This document shows, one piece after another, positions 62,931-64,000 of a stretch of 64,000 bases of DNA. Position 1 is the stretch's first letter. Every line of letters begins with the position of its first letter. Made by a program: the position numbers and the translations under genes. Source of the stretch: Reyranella sp. (GTDB taxonomy: Bacteria > Pseudomonadota > Alphaproteobacteria > Reyranellales > Reyranellaceae); the NCBI GenBank assembly GCA_019750135.1, contig JAIEOV010000009.1, positions 122,073 to 186,072 of the forward strand, read 5' to 3'. The notes under the pieces were generated by a model. It saw only the letters and a list, made by a program, of their open reading frames with translations. It ran no database searches and was not told the origin of the DNA.

Positions 62931-63215
62931 TCAATCCCCCGGTGTATCGAAGAAGGGTAACGATAGACCGTGCTCTGACATGACCTTCTTGTAGTGGCTT
63001 AGGAAGGTCCGCAGCTCCTCTCGAAAATAGTCCATCTCTTCGTAGTCATCGGCGCTCATGACGCCTTGGGCTGTCAGGCAAATCCTGTCGGCTTGCCGAC
63101 AAAGGTTATACAACGTATCTCCCTGAACGAGGACGCCAGGAAACCTGCGGCCTGGGTGACGCAGCACTGCGCAGTTCGTCGTATCCGAATATATCTCGAC
63201 GACTTCAGTTCTCAT
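62931..63215 (-). CDS. Small protein, DUF6959-like
   Basis: N.AVLRHPGRRFPGVLVQGDTL motif; visibly lower GC than the flanks. Confidence 0.65.
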   Translation of the reverse strand: MRTEVVEIYSDTTNCAVLRHPGRRFPGVLVQGDTLYNLCRQADRICLTAQGVMSADDYEEMDYFREELRTFLSHYKKVMSEHGLSLPFFDTPGD

Positions 63216-63233
63216 GTCACCCCCCTCGATACC

Positions 63234-64000
63234 TCAGCGCGACCTTCCCCGCGCCGTCACCGGCCAGATGTCGACCAGAGTGTCGCCCTTCACCACGTGA
63301 TAGCTCTCGTAGAGATTGACCGTGGGGTCGCAGTGCGGCGGCGTCAGGATCACCTGTTCGCCGTGCGCCGGCGGTTCCTTGCCCTCGGGCGCGATCACCG
63401 CCAGGTGCTCGTCACCCATGAAGCGGGTGGTGGCGCCTTCGACTGCGCCGCTCAGGATCATCGGCGGACCTTTCTCTGTCGCCATCGCCTTCAGGCCTGC
63501 ATCGACGGTGACCATGCCGGCGGTGTTGGCGCTGACGACGCGGGCGTCGATCTGCAGCGCCTGCTCGAAGGTCGGCTTGTCGAGGCCGCGCAGGTCGCAG
63601 ACGTTGTAGTCGTGATCCATGAAGACGTAGGAGCCGACCTGCAGTTCGGTGAAGACGCCGAGCTTGGCGTCGATGTAGTGCGTGCCGGTGCCTGAGCCGG
63701 TGATGATGCCGGGCTTCAGGCCGGCGGCCTCGAGCTTGGCCAGGGAGACTTTCAGGTAGTCGGTGCGCTCCTCGATCTCGGCGGTGCGCTGCTTGAAATC
63801 GACGATGTGCTGGTGGCGGCCGCAATAGAACTGCACGCCGGCATATTTCAGCGACTTCAGCGCGACGACCTTCTTTACCAGCTCGACGACGCCGTCCGGC
63901 GTCGCCACACCGGTGCGATGAAGGCCGGGATCGATGTCGACGATCACCGTCTGCGGCTTGCCCGCCTTCGCCGCGGCGGCGGCCAGCGCGTCGACGTTGG
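63234..64000 (-). CDS. DSD1/D-threonine aldolase family PLP enzyme, 5' end outside window
   Basis: DIDPGLHRTG, ELQVGSYVFMD, VDAGLK, GDEH, PHCDPTVNL. Confidence 0.88.
   Translation of the reverse strand, partial: NVDALAAAAAKAGKPQTVIVDIDPGLHRTGVATPDGVVELVKKVVALKSLKYAGVQFYCGRHQHIVDFKQRTAEIEERTDYLKVSLAKLEAAGLKPGIITGSGTGTHYIDAKLGVFTELQVGSYVFMDHDYNVCDLRGLDKPTFEQALQIDARVVSANTAGMVTVDAGLKAMATEKGPPMILSGAVEGATTRFMGDEHLAVIAPEGKEPPAHGEQVILTPPHCDPTVNLYESYHVVKGDTLVDIWPVTARGRSR

Overview
GC-rich alphaproteobacterial chromosomal DNA; a Reyranella/Rhodospirillales-like origin is inferred from gene style, not verified. About 50 CDS, mostly housekeeping or catabolic: fatty-acyl/CoA catabolism genes, MFS/Bug transporters, ppa, ettA, cysE-mlaC-mlaA, a sahR/samR-metF-split metH operon, a CrbS/CrbR-type two-component system, a hybrid kinase-Hpt-OmpR phosphorelay and an ECF41 sigma/CMD pair. 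There is one tRNA (CAT anticodon, Ile2-like), several families of REP-like palindromic repeats and one deletion pseudogene. I saw no integrase, transposase, CRISPR array or rRNA. The best unexplained signals are non-coding. (1) A ~275-nt run of abutting hairpins with GNRA/UUCG loops and its own terminator at 61579-61852, which I cannot assign to a known RNA family. (2) Two ORF-less intergenic loci 26 kb apart (33218-33400 +, 58740-59059 -), each with a near-consensus sigma70 promoter followed by the same 22-nt boxA-like motif (21/22 identical) and short 9-11-bp-period direct repeats. Also notable are a tRNA-3' repeat array followed by a 541-aa orphan gene and a probable (R)-selective amine transaminase. 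All calls come from reading the sequence; no database searches were run.
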